A stretch of 64,000 bases of DNA, taken from Rhynchopus sp. YZ270_cl-10 (lineage: Eukaryota). Both the position numbers and the translations under genes were made by a program. The notes under the pieces were generated by a model that was given only the letters and a program-made list of their open reading frames with translations, did no database searches and was not told where the DNA came from. Below are positions 1 through 11,300 of this stretch, in pieces (within the stretch, counting starts at the first letter, position 1; each line of letters begins with the position of its first letter). The stretch lies in the NCBI GenBank assembly GCA_964035575.1, contig OZ037835.1, positions 434,001-498,000 of the forward strand, read 5' to 3'.

Positions 1-3000
1 TTACATGCGTGCTATCGGACATGCGTGTACTCATCAGTACCTCAAGGAGTACGACAAGGAGGTCGACGCTGCGCTCGCCTCGTTGATGGGTGACACGGAA
101 GGGCTTCTCCCAGAGATGGCACGTCGTCAGGCAGCACTTCCCTGCAGAGCTGGAGGCATGGGAGTCCGTCGCATCCGTGACCACTGGACGGCCGCGGCGA
201 TGGGGTCGCGGAGCGGGCTACATGAGTTGTGTAAGGTGCTAGACCCGGAGTTCCAATGGGATGCGGAAGGGTGGAAAGAGACTGCGACGGAGCACAACCG
301 ACATGTAGCAGAAGCAGACAAAGTAGACCCTCTGGTGAGACCAGCCACCCCTGTGCGACAAAGGGAGCTATCGGCAGGAATCCTCGAAGAACAGCTGCGG
401 CGACTGTACCTGGAGGGTGATGCGGCTGATCGGGCACGGATGAACTCCCTCTCCCTTCCGCATGCAGGCGCGTGGCTCATGGCGCCCCCAACGTGGGAAC
501 ATCACATCCCCCCGGAGCAGTTCCAGGCGGTCTGCAGGATCCGCATGCACCTACCTCTCTTCGCAGACGGGGTCCAGTGCAGGCAGTGTGGGCAGGCCAT
601 GGACGCGAGAGGCGACCACATTTTCGCCTGCAAGATGGGAGGACACCGCATTCTGAGGCACAACGCAGTACGCGACTTCGTCTACTCCGTTGCGAACGAA
701 GCAGGTCTAGGCCCCACTCTCGAACCCCAACACCTGGTACTGGGGAACAAGAAGCCAGCAGACCTCTTCCTGTCCACGGGGGTGGGCGAGTCGCGGGGGC
801 GGGCCATTGACGTGACAGTGTGGACCCCGACGTGCAAGTCGATGGTGCAGGGTGCTGCGGTGGCCAAGGGGTACACGGCAACGAAGGCGGAGGCGGCGAA
901 GAGGGGGAAGCACCAGGCCGCCTGCATTGCTGCACGGATCACCTTCACTCCATTCGCGTTGGAGACGACGGGAGGGTTCGGGCCTGCGGCATCCACAATC
1001 TGGACGCAAATGCTACGCTTCGCAGCCGACAGGAAGCTGGGCAGCAAGCAGGAGATGTCGCGTCGTTGGGCGTGGGGGATGGGCACTACGCTGCAGCGGA
1101 TGATTGGCAAGTCAGCGATGGACAGAGGGTGTCTGCGCGGGGACACAGCAGGCGCGCTCAGGGAGAGGATAGAGGTGGACGTCGCGCCGTTGCCAGGTGA
1201 GGACGAACACTTCCGACTTCCTCCCGACCACCTGCCTCCCATAGATTATGCACCAGACGACGGTCTATTCGATATCGACGTGTCCGCACTGAACCCCGAA
1301 GAGCCTGCGGAGCACCCTGACCCTCCACCTTGCCCTAACCCGGCGGATGGGAGCGCAACTCGACCACAGACGTTCCACGAAGAACTTTGGAACACCCTCG
1401 GGATGACAGTCCCAACGGTAACAGTGCCGTTCACTGTCGGGGACTGCGCCTTTGATGCAGTCAGGTGGCTGCTACGGGAGTGGAGGGACATCTCCTCTGG
1501 GGACCTGCGGAAGCTTGCAGTGACGAGGGTCAAGCAGGACAGGGACCTGGCGAACTCGGCGGAACCGACTTTCGGGTCGTGGGTGCGCTGGATGAGCGTG
1601 GAGGGGAGTCCGGACACTCGTTCGTGGGCGGACGTGACGGCGTTGGCTGGTCTCTCCCGTGCATTACAGATAGTTGTGGCGGTGGTGCGGGCGGACAGCA
1701 AGACGACATTCCTGAGACCGGCGGCAGCCCCACGAGGTGCGATAGCCCTGCTACACGAAGGACCGGTGGGCGCCGGGCACTACTCCCCTCTAGTGGTAGG
1801 TGCAGTGGCGAGGGGGATGATGATGAAGATGGAGCCACAAATCCCCCCTGTGGAGATGCAGTGCATGAACACCGGAACGCTGTCGTACATGGGTGACAGG
1901 CAGGATAGAGACGGAGAGATGGTGACGTGCGAGGGCTGCGCTGCGGTATTCGAGGACAGCATTGCACATTGGTTCTGTTCGGCGTGCCCACTCAAGTGGT
2001 GTACTAATGAGGCCTGCGCAGGGGAGGGCGCTAAATGTGCAGCACGCAGGCGCAGAGCCACCACCACTCCTTCTACATCGACCACCAGCCAGGGAGGTAG
2101 CTTTTACAACAACAGCAACCCAGCACCCCCACTGGCCGAGGTAGAGATTAAGGAAGAGGAGTTGGATGAGGCCTTCGAGTCCAGCCGCATGGAGATGGAA
2201 AGGCGCAGCAACAGCAACAGCAACAGCAACAACAACAACAACAGCAACAACAACAACGACACCAACACTGACAACAACGACGACGACGTTGCCGACACCA
2301 ACCACGACACTAACATGACCGAGAACGCCGCACCGACAATGACCGCAATGAGGACCAGCTTTCAACAACAAAAGCCATCAGCTATCCTGTGCGAATTAAA
2401 GGAGGGGTCGGCCAAAAAGGGTGCATGGAAGGAAGCATCCGCCAGGAAGAGGAGGGAACAGGCGGAGCAGCGCGTCGCCGAAAAACGCGCAGAGAAGGCT
2501 GCGGCCAAAAGGCGAGCACCCACCGCCCACCCAGCAGGATCTGACGCCCCTGTGGAGGTAGCTTCCTGTGCGAGGTATGGAGAGACTGTGCCCGCCAGTG
2601 TAGATGAGTGGCGGAGGCACTTCTACCCCGAGCGTGGGCAGAAGCAGGGCAGCACCCCCCTGAGTCCGGAGAGAGCGCTGCAGGACCTGCAGGAGTGGTG
2701 GGAGGAGAGGCAGGTGAGCGGTGACGGGAGACGGGAGAAGAGAGAGACGGAGCGGTTCCGGAACGCCAAGGAGCTGCTCCGTAGGATGGCTGCTTAGGAG
2801 GAAAGCGGCCAGCATTAGATTCGTTTTTAGACCCCCCCCCCCCCCCCTTTTCTTTTGTGTGTAGCAACACTCGTTTCTTCCCTTTTCTTTTCCCCCACCC
2901 CTCTTCTTTAGAGACCTGTTTGTCTAGATTTTTGCTGAACTGCATCTAGTCCTCGCTCAGAATGGCCGTGAGTGACGCAAGGACTCGTGAGTAAGATGAT

Positions 3001-3550
3001 GTGTTTGGTAATCTGTGAATTCCCTTTCCCCTCCCCCCCCCCCCCCAGCCCCTCCCATACGAGTTCCATGAGTGACCGCTAATGGCGTTAATTACCCTAT
3101 CAAAAAAGACTACAAGGACAAAAAGAACAAAAAGGACGCTTGTTGTGACAAGAACGGAACTTCGTATTGTAAAAAGAAAACATCCCCCCCCCCCCCCTCC
3201 AGAACCAGCTGGGTACCAAACTGGAACGCTAAGTAAAACCACACTGACTGGACAGTCTGTCTTCTCCCCTGCCTCTCCCATGTTAATACTCCATTTTTCC
3301 TCAATTGTCAATGGTGCTGACTGTGCTGATGACAATAACAATCCATCTCTAGTTTTGTTCACTTTTGTGCCTCGTTCTAACTAACCGGCACTGTACAGAT
3401 TGTAAGACATCTGGCCCTCGCTTCGCTCGGACCAAGTGCTTTTCATGTGCATAGTAAACGTACCCCCCTCGCCCTGTCCAGTTTGATGTGGAAAAAAAAA
3501 AAGTCGAGCCTTGGGCTAAGTTGAACAACACCAAAAAAAAAAAAAAAAAA
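1..3550 (+). mobile_element. 3' part of CRE-like non-LTR retrotransposon, probably ending at the poly(A) at 3533-3550
   Basis: RLE ORF followed by about 730 nt of non-coding sequence and an 18-A run; the 3' boundary is inferred. Confidence 0.6.
2..2797 (+). CDS. Non-LTR retrotransposon polyprotein (CRE/RLE-type), 5'-truncated by the window: RT thumb, CCHC zinc knuckle, restriction-like endonuclease, OTU-like protease, Cys-rich Zn finger, Asn tract, coiled coil
   Basis: RT thumb LPCRAGGMG; CRQC..DH..AC; RHN..RD; KPADL..IDVT..K..KH..FTPFALETTGG (PD-(D/E)xK RLE motifs); then VGDCAFDAV...W...GHYSPL (OTU-like, ~1420-1795) and CEGC..CSAC..C..C. Confidence 0.88.
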   Translation, partial: YMRAIGHACTHQYLKEYDKEVDAALASLMGDTEGLLPEMARRQAALPCRAGGMGVRRIRDHWTAAAMGSRSGLHELCKVLDPEFQWDAEGWKETATEHNRHVAEADKVDPLVRPATPVRQRELSAGILEEQLRRLYLEGDAADRARMNSLSLPHAGAWLMAPPTWEHHIPPEQFQAVCRIRMHLPLFADGVQCRQCGQAMDARGDHIFACKMGGHRILRHNAVRDFVYSVANEAGLGPTLEPQHLVLGNKKPADLFLSTGVGESRGRAIDVTVWTPTCKSMVQGAAVAKGYTATKAEAAKRGKHQAACIAARITFTPFALETTGGFGPAASTIWTQMLRFAADRKLGSKQEMSRRWAWGMGTTLQRMIGKSAMDRGCLRGDTAGALRERIEVDVAPLPGEDEHFRLPPDHLPPIDYAPDDGLFDIDVSALNPEEPAEHPDPPPCPNPADGSATRPQTFHEELWNTLGMTVPTVTVPFTVGDCAFDAVRWLLREWRDISSGDLRKLAVTRVKQDRDLANSAEPTFGSWVRWMSVEGSPDTRSWADVTALAGLSRALQIVVAVVRADSKTTFLRPAAAPRGAIALLHEGPVGAGHYSPLVVGAVARGMMMKMEPQIPPVEMQCMNTGTLSYMGDRQDRDGEMVTCEGCAAVFEDSIAHWFCSACPLKWCTNEACAGEGAKCAARRRRATTTPSTSTTSQGGSFYNNSNPAPPLAEVEIKEEELDEAFESSRMEMERRSNSNSNSNNNNNSNNNNDTNTDNNDDDVADTNHDTNMTENAAPTMTAMRTSFQQQKPSAILCELKEGSAKKGAWKEASARKRREQAEQRVAEKRAEKAAAKRRAPTAHPAGSDAPVEVASCARYGETVPASVDEWRRHFYPERGQKQGSTPLSPERALQDLQEWWEERQVSGDGRREKRETERFRNAKELLRRMAA

Positions 3551-3554
3551 TTGG

Positions 3555-3740
3555 GATTTTTTTTTTTGAGATTTTTTCAAAAATCGACTTGTTTTTGGTA
3601 AAAATCACGAAATTTTGGGTTCGCGGAACCGCGTTTTAGACCCCCCTAGATGCTCAAAAGTGCCAAATTTTGCTTTTAATGGCCTCAAATCGTCGAAATT
3701 AGCCCAATATAGGGGCAAAAAAAAAAATTCGAGGGTCTAG
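3555..3740. repeat. Dispersed repeat (transposon fragment); inverted copy at ~32235-32420
   Basis: gcttttaatggcctcaaatcgtcgaaattagccc and gatgctcaaaagtgcca match the reverse complement at ~32270-32325. Confidence 0.75.
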
Positions 3741-3772
3741 GTATGGAGAGCGAGCACCTTAGAAGGAAGATC

Positions 3773-4435
3773 GTACGATCGTACTACGATCGTACTACGA
3801 TCATTACGATCGTACTATTAAAAGCACAACTTTTCACAAAATTTCAATCAAAATCACAACTTTTCACAACTTTTCACAGCTTTCACAACTTTTCACAATT
3901 TTCACAACTTTTCACAAAATTTCAACCAAAATCACAACTTTGCACAAAGTTTCGCAAAATTTCAATCAAAATCACAACTTTTCACAACTATTCACAACTT
4001 TCACAACTTTTCACAATTTTCAATCCAAATCACAACTTTTCACAAAATTTCAATCAAAATCACAACTTTTCACAACTTTTCACAGCTTTCACAACTTTTC
4101 ACAATTTTCACAACTTTTCACAAAATTTCAACCAAAATCACAACTTTGCACAAAGTTTCGCAAAATTTCAATCAAAATCACAACTTTTCACAACTATTCA
4201 CAACTTTCACAACTTTTCACAATTTTCAATCCAAATCACAACTTTTCACAAAATTTCAATCAAAATCACAACTCTTCACAACTTTTCACAACTTTTCACA
4301 ACGGTGTGTGTACATAGTTGTGAAAAGTTGTGAAAAGTTGTGACGCGTTGTGAAACGTTGTGAAACGTTGTGACACGCTGTGCATAGGATTGAAATTTTG
4401 TGACATTTTGTGAAACTTTGTGAAACTTTGCAAAA
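3773..4435. repeat. Compound tandem repeat: (TACGATCGTAC)-like units, then a TTTTCACAAC-type array with a 206-bp higher-order period, then inverted units (GTTGTGAAAA)
   Basis: Same block starts at 3825, 4031 and 4237; orientation flips at ~4317. Confidence 0.9.
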
Positions 4436-4452
4436 CGCTGCCCCCCGGATAG

Positions 4453-4560
4453 CACCATTAACAACATTTCTTTATTGTGTAACAAACAACTATGACAACA
4501 CCGCTTGCCGGCAGAGCAAGGAGCAAATAATACATTAGGCGTGGAAACGCTTCAGACACA
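4453..4560 (+). repeat. ~110-bp direct repeat flanking cyclase gene 1 (partner at 7563-7677)
   Basis: caccatta(a/g)caacatttcttt..tgtgtaacaaacaac...aataatacattaggcgtggaaacgcttcagacaca in both copies. Confidence 0.85.
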
Positions 4561-4598
4561 TGTTACGGTGGGTCACTATGTTTTTTCCCCCACCCCCG

Positions 4599-4704
4599 AA
4601 AACAATAAAGCAATAAAAACAATAAAGACAAAAGGGAGAGGTTGTGGTGAAAACGTATACACCTCGACCTGTCAGTGAAGTGTGGCTCTACTCCAACCCG
4701 CCCC
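4599..4704 (+). repeat. Short dispersed repeat family B (other copies 18839-18920 inverted, 25884-25980, 45395-45464)
   Basis: Shared core gagaggttgtg..aaacg..cacacct..acctgtc.gtgaagtgt...tct.ctccaaccc. Confidence 0.8.
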
Positions 4705-4764
4705 AGAATAGAATATCGCACACCAGAAGTGTTTGTCTGAATCAAAAAGAAGCACAAAGCAGCC

Positions 4765-7383
4765 TCAGTGCATGACCACAACGTACGGTGCATAAGCCTT
4801 CTGCCGCACATAGCCGGCAAGCTCTTCGTACTCTGTGCGTTGGTCCTGAGCGACGCTGTCCAGCAGAGAAGACGCCTTCTCAAAGTCCTGTTTGATGATG
4901 TGCTCGAAGACCTCGTTCCACACTGCGTGCGGGTTGTTTGCGGCAGACTCCAGCTGGTACATCCACTCCTCGTTTTCGCTGCTGCACAGCCCACGTATGG
5001 TAAACACGGTCTGTGCCTTCTCACTGAACTTGTTGTACAGCATCGCGCCAGCACAACGCAGTACCACCTGTCCCTCCGCCTCACGGGCAATGTTCTGGTC
5101 AACGACACCAGGCAGGTTCTCCTGCTTGTTCCAACGCTCAAGCACAACCACCCATGACATGGACTGTGCAAGAATCGACATCTTCTTCATCCCGTTGCAG
5201 CCCATGTTCCCGACACGTGCCTCGCCTGTCGTGCACCCGTACGAGATCTTGTGCACATCACCAAGTGCTGTTGCTACTTCGTGTGCAGCCTTCACACAGG
5301 CAACACTGTGCGACGGCTTCGGAACAAAGGCGTTGAAGGTGGCAAGCATCTTGTCTCCAGCAAACGTGTCGCACACACCTTTGTTGTGCTGCACTGATGA
5401 CATGATGTGCTCCACAATACCACCGTGTGCGGAGAGCACCTCTGCGTCCTTGTGCTTCTTGATGAAGGCGTGCCACGACACGACGTTCATGTGTGCCAGC
5501 GACACCTTCTTCTTCTTCATCCCTTCCACACGCAGCAGTGCCTTCTGGTGCTGCATCACAGCAGCTGAACTCTGTGACTGTGACGTACCTGAAGGGGACG
5601 TGCCTGACTTCTGCGACTTCGCAGTCGAAGATTCATCTGTCACGGATGCTTCTTTGTCACTGTCGTTGACAAGCACACTCTGCGGCATGTAGTTCCGGTA
5701 CTCCACCAGGTTCGCCACCATGGTAACAAAGCTGCGCTGCATCATCCCCACTTCACTCAGCTGCGACACTGCACGGTCCGTGTCCACAGCCTCCAGATCC
5801 ATCACAGCCACACTTGCCATCTCACTCCCAAGCTTCAGCAGAGGGGACGTGATGTAGCGTGTGAACACAACAGCAATGGCCAGGAGTACCGTGATCGCAA
5901 TGACTGTGACAACCACCATCACAATCACCGCATCCTCCTTCTGTGCGTCTGCAGAGGACAGATCTGATGCCACCTTCGCACGGATTGCATTCGTCGACGC
6001 ATCAATCGTATCCATCACAGACGCCCTCGGCACAAGAAGGTTCGCAAAAAGTTTAATAGTCTTGTGTTCGATTGTCGTTGCCACTGTCCAGAACTCCGTG
6101 CCGTTCGAGTCAGACCACTTCAGGAAGGAGTCCTCTGTCATCTCCACAAGGTCTCTGTAGTTCTGTGGGTGTGTGAACACAAACCGCCCATGCTCTGCAA
6201 TCACTGAGGGGATGTGCAACGTGGCGTCTTCCATCGAGTGGTTCGTTATGTTGAAGCTAGTCGCTACCATGGTAGGACCAGCCCAGGCACGCTCAACTAA
6301 CTCCACCCGCAGATGCCTTCCTCTGTTGTACGCGACAAGCGTTCCTGTTGAACCAGATACAGCATTGTGCTCCACCAGGTACAGCGACGCGTCGGCCGGG
6401 AGCAGCTGTGCACTCACTGCCTTTTTTACCCCGTCTCCAGTCACCATCGCCATGACCACACCCACACGCTTGCCCTGCTTGGGATGCATCGTGTACATAT
6501 CTGGGTGGGTGAAGGTGTAGCTCAGCTCCCAGTACAGCATGTCCCACTGCACATACATATTTGTGTACATCAGTGTGTCCGTAGGGTACAGGGGTGGGTC
6601 ATCGGCACCCAGGTTGTAGATCTGCTTGCCACGGGTTATCTGACCTGGCGTGCCCACGGGCTCGCTTCGATCCATGGGAATTATGCAGACACCACGCCAC
6701 TGGCCCTTGTTGTAGTCAGGCATCCAGCTGCACGGCATATTCGGGAACCTTCTGTCGCCTCTGTTCGTGGCTTCTCCTAAGGACACGTAGTCCGATATGC
6801 CCACCGCCCCCGTCGCAGGGTCGCGCATCTCGTACACCAGGAGGACCTGGGAGCCGTTCGTTGGCGTGATTCCATTCGCAGAGTTCACATCCCTGAACCC
6901 CATCCGCGAGCCCCACCCTGCAAACCCGTCACCCCTCTTCCACGGAACAGGATGTGCTTGGGACCACGGGTACAATTCGCACGAAATGTATTCCAATCCC
7001 GACGTCGTCCCAGCACGATAAGCGGACATCAAAGCAGGGCGCATAACCGCATCCGCAAAGGCGGGGCTCGTGCTGACGTTTGGGTGGTGCGCGTTTACAA
7101 GGTTGGCTATGGATAGCACCAGCTGCTCAGGCACCTTCAGGTACTCCTTCACCGCCGTGTCCACGTTGCCAAGGACGGAGCGCAGGTAGCGTGCCGAGAC
7201 TGTTTCGATGTCTGTCGTACCACTGTCGAGACACATCCCAAAGCCCTCATCACCTGTGTTACGTGCCTTCTCCAGAAGGTCGTCCCATGTTGTCAGAGTG
7301 AAGCCGCCGATGATCGCACCTGTTGACAGAATCAGCACCACACACAACAGCACTGTCAGCGACTGGATGCCGCATGACACCAT
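4765..7383 (-). CDS. Receptor-type class III nucleotidyl cyclase-like protein (TM - ectodomain - TM - HAMP-like - cyclase fold), 872 aa
   Basis: Two hydrophobic helices; ITSPLLKL...SEVGMMQRSF..M (HAMP-like); EYRNYMPQSV; DTFAGD; GEARVGNMG; C-terminal EEWMY. Confidence 0.85.
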   Translation of the reverse strand: MVSCGIQSLTVLLCVVLILSTGAIIGGFTLTTWDDLLEKARNTGDEGFGMCLDSGTTDIETVSARYLRSVLGNVDTAVKEYLKVPEQLVLSIANLVNAHHPNVSTSPAFADAVMRPALMSAYRAGTTSGLEYISCELYPWSQAHPVPWKRGDGFAGWGSRMGFRDVNSANGITPTNGSQVLLVYEMRDPATGAVGISDYVSLGEATNRGDRRFPNMPCSWMPDYNKGQWRGVCIIPMDRSEPVGTPGQITRGKQIYNLGADDPPLYPTDTLMYTNMYVQWDMLYWELSYTFTHPDMYTMHPKQGKRVGVVMAMVTGDGVKKAVSAQLLPADASLYLVEHNAVSGSTGTLVAYNRGRHLRVELVERAWAGPTMVATSFNITNHSMEDATLHIPSVIAEHGRFVFTHPQNYRDLVEMTEDSFLKWSDSNGTEFWTVATTIEHKTIKLFANLLVPRASVMDTIDASTNAIRAKVASDLSSADAQKEDAVIVMVVVTVIAITVLLAIAVVFTRYITSPLLKLGSEMASVAVMDLEAVDTDRAVSQLSEVGMMQRSFVTMVANLVEYRNYMPQSVLVNDSDKEASVTDESSTAKSQKSGTSPSGTSQSQSSAAVMQHQKALLRVEGMKKKKVSLAHMNVVSWHAFIKKHKDAEVLSAHGGIVEHIMSSVQHNKGVCDTFAGDKMLATFNAFVPKPSHSVACVKAAHEVATALGDVHKISYGCTTGEARVGNMGCNGMKKMSILAQSMSWVVVLERWNKQENLPGVVDQNIAREAEGQVVLRCAGAMLYNKFSEKAQTVFTIRGLCSSENEEWMYQLESAANNPHAVWNEVFEHIIKQDFEKASSLLDSVAQDQRTEYEELAGYVRQKAYAPYVVVMH

Positions 7384-7562
7384 TGTTCAGAGGTATACAG
7401 AAAGGGAAGACTGTGCTGGGGATGTGTGTGTGGTGTAGTGTGTTGCCAAGGCCACGTTGTCAAGTTGGGGTGGTATATGTGGAATAGAAGTCGTGTGCAG
7501 TGTTCAGTGCTCAGAGGTGGACACCCTTCACTTCAAGGTGACTCACACTGCGGTATCAAGAA

Positions 7563-7677
7563 CACCATTAGCAACATTTCTTTCTTGTGTAACAAACAAC
7601 CATGACACCGCTTGCCAGAAGAGCAGGGAGAGGGAAGGAGAAAATAATACATTAGGCGTGGAAACGCTTCAGACACA
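7563..7677 (+). repeat. ~110-bp direct repeat, partner of 4453-4560
   Basis: Near-identical to 4453-4560 apart from small indels. Confidence 0.85.
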
Positions 7678-7689
7678 AAATTTCCCCTC

Positions 7690-7786
7690 AATTATTACGC
7701 GTCCACTCGACGTTTGGATAAAGAAAACCAGAGACGAAAGGGGGTTTGGGGGGAAGAGTTTAAATTCTTGAACACATCCCCACACT
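7690..7786. repeat. ~95-bp repeat upstream of a minus-strand gene; second copy at ~57930-58026
   Basis: aattattacgcgtccactcgacgtttggataaagaaaac.agaga.gaaagggggtttggggggaagagttta..ttcttgaac.catccccacact in both. Confidence 0.85.
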
Positions 7787-8382
7787 AGACAGTACTAGCC
7801 AGTAGGGTCCTAAGGGGAATGAGGTTGCACACCCGAAGGGATTGAAGGAGCTCTTTTGTGTTTGTTTGCTTCTGCAGCCATGTCACCCCCCAGCCGTAAT
7901 CTTCGCCAGAGTCAACTGCACTACTCGATGCAACGCGACGAGGCTCTTTGCAGCCTTCTCATGGCTGCCCCACCTCGTCTGGTGGTCCGACCTTCTCGTT
8001 GTAGTGTTCCTTCGCCTGTGCGCGACTTAGGAGAACGTAAACTCCTGGTTGCACCAATGCGTCTTTGTTCGCGGTACAACAGACGCAAGCCCCGCCTGTG
8101 GGTGTGATCCGAATCCACGGATGGGCGATGCTATTCCTGTCGTAAATAAAGCGTCGGCTGATCCGTGACCGAACCTGGGAAGCTCCTGGACCGGTGAAGG
8201 GGTGATGGTGGCGTCGCCTCCAAGCCGGGTGGATCTCACCGTGCACTCGCAAAAAGAATCTGTCTCGAAAGTTCAGGTTCCACAGCATCAGCATTGCGAC
8301 AGCCTAATGCACGAGGAACTGTTGGAGGGACACCGATCACTCTCTTCAGCCGCAACCCATTAACCGTCCCGTCTTCCCCAGT

Positions 8383-11300
8383 TCAGATGCTCCACACACG
8401 AACGGTCTTGTCATTGAAACCACACATCACTTCGCGTCCATCAGGGCTCACAGCAATACTAGACGAAGCAGCACAACGCCCTTGAATCTCTGCCACCTGC
8501 TCACCAGTGGTCATGCTCCACACCTGCACAGTACCGTCAAAAGAACGTGACACCGCGTGAGCTCCATCGGGGGTCACAGCCACTCCCTGCACAGAATCAA
8601 AACTCTGCATGGTCACGACTTCCTTCCCGCTGCCAACATCCCACACACGCAGAGTGTTGTCCCCAGCACATGAAACGACACGAGATCCATCTGAAGTCAG
8701 AGCCACACCTTCGATATTAGTAGTGTGTCCTTTGAACACCATCGTCTCTTCTCCAGTATGCAGTTTCCACATGCGTACGGTCTCATCCTGAGACCACGAA
8801 ACCACATGCACTCCATCAGGAGCCACTGCAACGCCAAAGACGAAGTCTGTGTGTCCTGCACATCTTGCTACCTCCTTCCCAGTCAGCAGGCTCCATACAC
8901 GGACAACGTTATCCTCACCCAAAGACATCACCACGTGGGATGCATCGGGAGACACTGCCAGGTCCAGCACGTCATCGGAGGTGAGGCACACAACGAAATC
9001 ACTGGAATCTCTCAAATGAGCAGATTTCCCAGTATCAGCGTTCCACACGCACGCTCTCATATTTCCTGCATCATCGTACGTTTGGTACACCATGTGCGAG
9101 CCGTCTGCCGTCACAGCAGCAGTATTTTCACCAAAGAAGTGCCCTTCAAACACCTGTGTCTGCCTGCCGGTGGATGCGTTCCACATATGTATCCTCTTCT
9201 CACTGCACGAAATGATAGATCCATCAGGGGTCATTGCAACAGACGTCACAGAGGAGCGGTGCGCTTCAAAACCTGACGTCTCCTTCCCCGTCGTGAGGTT
9301 CCACACCCGAACAGTCCTATCGTCGAAGTTGTCGGAGCATGAAACAACGTGGCATCCATCTGGTGTTACTGCCACTGCCCACACAGGACCAGTGTGCCCT
9401 TGCAACGTCATCACCTCCTTCCCAGTCGAAATGCTCCAAACGTGCACAGTGCCACTGGATCCAGCAACCACGTGGCATCCATCAGGAGTGACTGCAACAG
9501 AATACAACCAGTCAGCATGGAACACCATCACTTCTGCCTCAGTCGAGAGGTTCCAAAGATGTGCGTCCTTCTCATAGCACGTAACAACGTGGCATCCATC
9601 GGGGGTGACTGCCAGTTGATGGGGATAGCTCACACAGCATGGCCACTGCCTCTCCTGCTTCCCCGTCACCAGATCCCATACGCACAGCACATCCCTCGAG
9701 CATGTTACAATGTTACGTCCGTCAATCGTGACAACCATGCTGAGAATGCCACGCGACGTTACTGCCAGCACTTCCTTCCCCGTCGAGAGATCCCACACAC
9801 GGATGCCGTCTATAGGAGAAGATGAAACAACTTTAGAACTGTCGGGAGTGACTGCCACGCTCTTGACATTGTCACTGTGGCCATCCAAGACGAACACTGC
9901 CTCCCCAGTGTGCAAATCCCACACACGCACAGTCTTGTCGGAAGAGCCAGTGACTATGCGGGTTCCGTCAGGTGCCACTGCTATTCCAGTAGTGACGTCA
10001 GCGCCAGGAACCCCCAGATGAAACACTTGTTTGCCGGTCAACATACTCAGCACGGGACCACCAATCCCATCTGTTACCATTTGACTGCCATCAGGTGTCA
10101 CCACCACGGTGCGCACCCGAACGACGCGCAGTGGAGGAAGTGGTGCCCCAAGGGAGCAGTCAGGCAGCATCGTGCCACCCATGTCGCAGGTGTTGAACTC
10201 AGTGTGCTCCAGCCAGCAGTTCGAGAAGGAAGCGCCCGTCAGCGCCGTCTCCACAAACAGAGACCCACGCAGGTCGCAGTTCGACACACGGATCCCGCTC
10301 AGGTCCTCCCCACTCACAGGGATGCGTGCACGTGCCAGCAGTGCTGCTGCATTCGACCCTGCTGTCACAATACCATCACCAGGACCTGCACCCGATGCTG
10401 CACCTGCACTGCCGCGTGTCGCCTTCACAGCCGCAAGCAGCTCTGTGCAGGCACGTTCGTACAGCACACTGTCACCACACACCAGCGCCGCAAAGAACCC
10501 AAGCACACGCTGCGAGTCCTTGCTGAAGCTCCGCTGCACCAGCGTCCCCAGTGTCCCTGCTGGGTCACGTGCAAGCCGCCGTGCTGCAAGGTGCTCCCCA
10601 AGCGACTTGTGCCGGAACGTGAACGCACTCCGCTCCTCCCCAAAGTCCTCAATCCGGAACGGCAGGCAGCGGAAGCACGCATCCCGTACAGCCTCACACA
10701 CACCGTGCTGCGAATCAAGAATCTGCGACGCCACACCCACAGTCCCCTGCCACTCGTTTGTCTCCAGCATCCTGCATGCAACAAGCTCCCCTGCACGCAC
10801 CACATCGTCCAAAGACACACCAGCAACAGTAACTCCACCAGACGCCATCTCCTTCTTCGTCCACGTCTCCAGGTAGGCCTCGTAGATCACCTCCTCAGAA
10901 GCCTTCCCGCTGCACTGCGCGTGGCACGCCATGTGCAGCACAAAAGGGTTCCGCAACTGCACAAGTCCCTCAACGTCCTCCTCACGCACGAAGACTGTGC
11001 GCTCTCCATCCTTCTCCTTCTCCTCTTTGTGTTCCTTCTCCCAGGCTGTGTTTGCACGCTCGATGTACGTCCTCGCATCCACCTCTGTGAACGGCTGCAT
11101 GTACACAGCACGCACACCAGCCCCACACACACCAGACGGAGACGTGTCCACACCCTTCAGGTACTCACCACGCACAGTCACAACAACGCTGCAGTGTGCC
11201 TCCACCCACGGGTGCCGGCACAGAAGGCCACCTTCAGCCACCACAGCACCCACATCCTTCTGCGTCAGCCCCACCTCGTCCAGCGAGTCCAGCACCAGCA

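Noticed and set aside
2800..3600. Spliced-leader gene target next to the CRE-like element
   Set aside because: No CAGTTTCTGTACTTTATTG-like SL sequence seen here or elsewhere in the window
3743..4343. FHNFSQ-rich ORFs
   Set aside because: Derived from a stop-poor tandem repeat
7790..8380. GC-rich segment as an ncRNA or Helitron end
   Set aside because: No recognisable RNA family, ORF motif or convincing hairpin-CTRR end
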